A DNA stretch of 41,079 nt from an uncultured cyanobacterium (GTDB taxonomy: Bacteria; Cyanobacteriota; Cyanobacteriia; CAKZMO01): NCBI GenBank assembly GCA_963719515.1, contig CAVRCJ010000012.1:1-41079 (forward strand), given 5' to 3'. The translations under genes and the position numbers were made by a program. The first letter of the stretch is position 1; each line of letters opens with the position of its first letter. The notes under the pieces were generated by a model, which made no database searches, was not told where the DNA came from, and saw nothing but the letters and a program-made list of their open reading frames with translations. Positions 40,688-41,079 of this stretch are shown here, in pieces.

Positions 40688-41079
40688 GTCGAGCGCGATT
40701 TTAAGCTACTGAATGAGCTGGATCTTACCCTTAAGGCCTGCCTAGAAACCCATATCCATGCAGACCATATTACGGGTGCAGGAAAACTGCGGGAGCTCAC
40801 CGGCTGTAGCGGCGTTGTTCCCAAAAATGCAGAGGTGGCCTGCGCCAGCCAGCACGTTGGCCACGGAGACGTCTTTAAGGTCGGCGGCGTTGAGATGCGG
40901 GTCATTGAAACCCACGGCCACACCAATAGCCACATGGCTTATCTCGTCGACGGTACGCACGCGCTCACGGGTGACGCGCTGTTTATTCGCGGCTGCGGAC
41001 GCACAGATTTTCAGGGCGGCGACGCGGGCACCCTATATGACCACGTCACTCAGCGGCTCTTCACCTTAGGGACATTCAA
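40661..41079 (+). pseudogene. 5'-truncated MBL-fold hydrolase (ETHE1/persulfide dioxygenase-like), open to the window end
   Basis: Manual translation DPVIEQVERD..ETHIHADHITGA..GHT..TGDALFIRGCGRTDFQGG; the roughly 30 N-terminal residues usual for the family are absent. Confidence 0.85.

Noticed and set aside
40758..41069. 103-aa ORF in the track
   Set aside because: Wrong frame; the real coding frame is the MBL hydrolase starting at 40661/40670

Overview
Chromosomal window from a filamentous-type cyanobacterium (the HIP1 octamer GCGATCGC recurs dozens of times). Positions 1-7.7 kb are the distal ribosomal operon (secY-infA-rpmJ-rpsM-rpsK-rpoA-rplQ-truA-rplM-rpsI-rpmE-prfA), with no adk at its usual position. 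Housekeeping and accessory genes follow: SbcD-like nuclease, ABC-F, gpmI, secG, metallopeptidase, CDF transporter, DUF4327, a ClpC paralogue, SLH protein, thioredoxin, methyltransferase, YihY, GMC oxidoreductase, ExbD/DUF389/ExbB, gmhB, DUF1830, Crp/Fnr, trmB and an SDR. Most notable are two unrelated IS200/IS605-family elements (19804-21180 and 39185-40667). Neither carries tnpA. Each carries a catalytically intact tnpB plus a small divergent ribbon-helix-helix-like ORF in the position tnpA occupies in divergent IS605-type elements, and each has readable end hairpins and cleavage tetranucleotides. The second element abuts a 5'-truncated persulfide-dioxygenase-like gene and supplies it an in-frame ATG. 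The window also holds an Amt-PAS-histidine kinase fusion and a cluster of three single-frameshift genes (HAD, Amt-HK, DUF928). All calls come from reading motifs by eye; no database searches were run.
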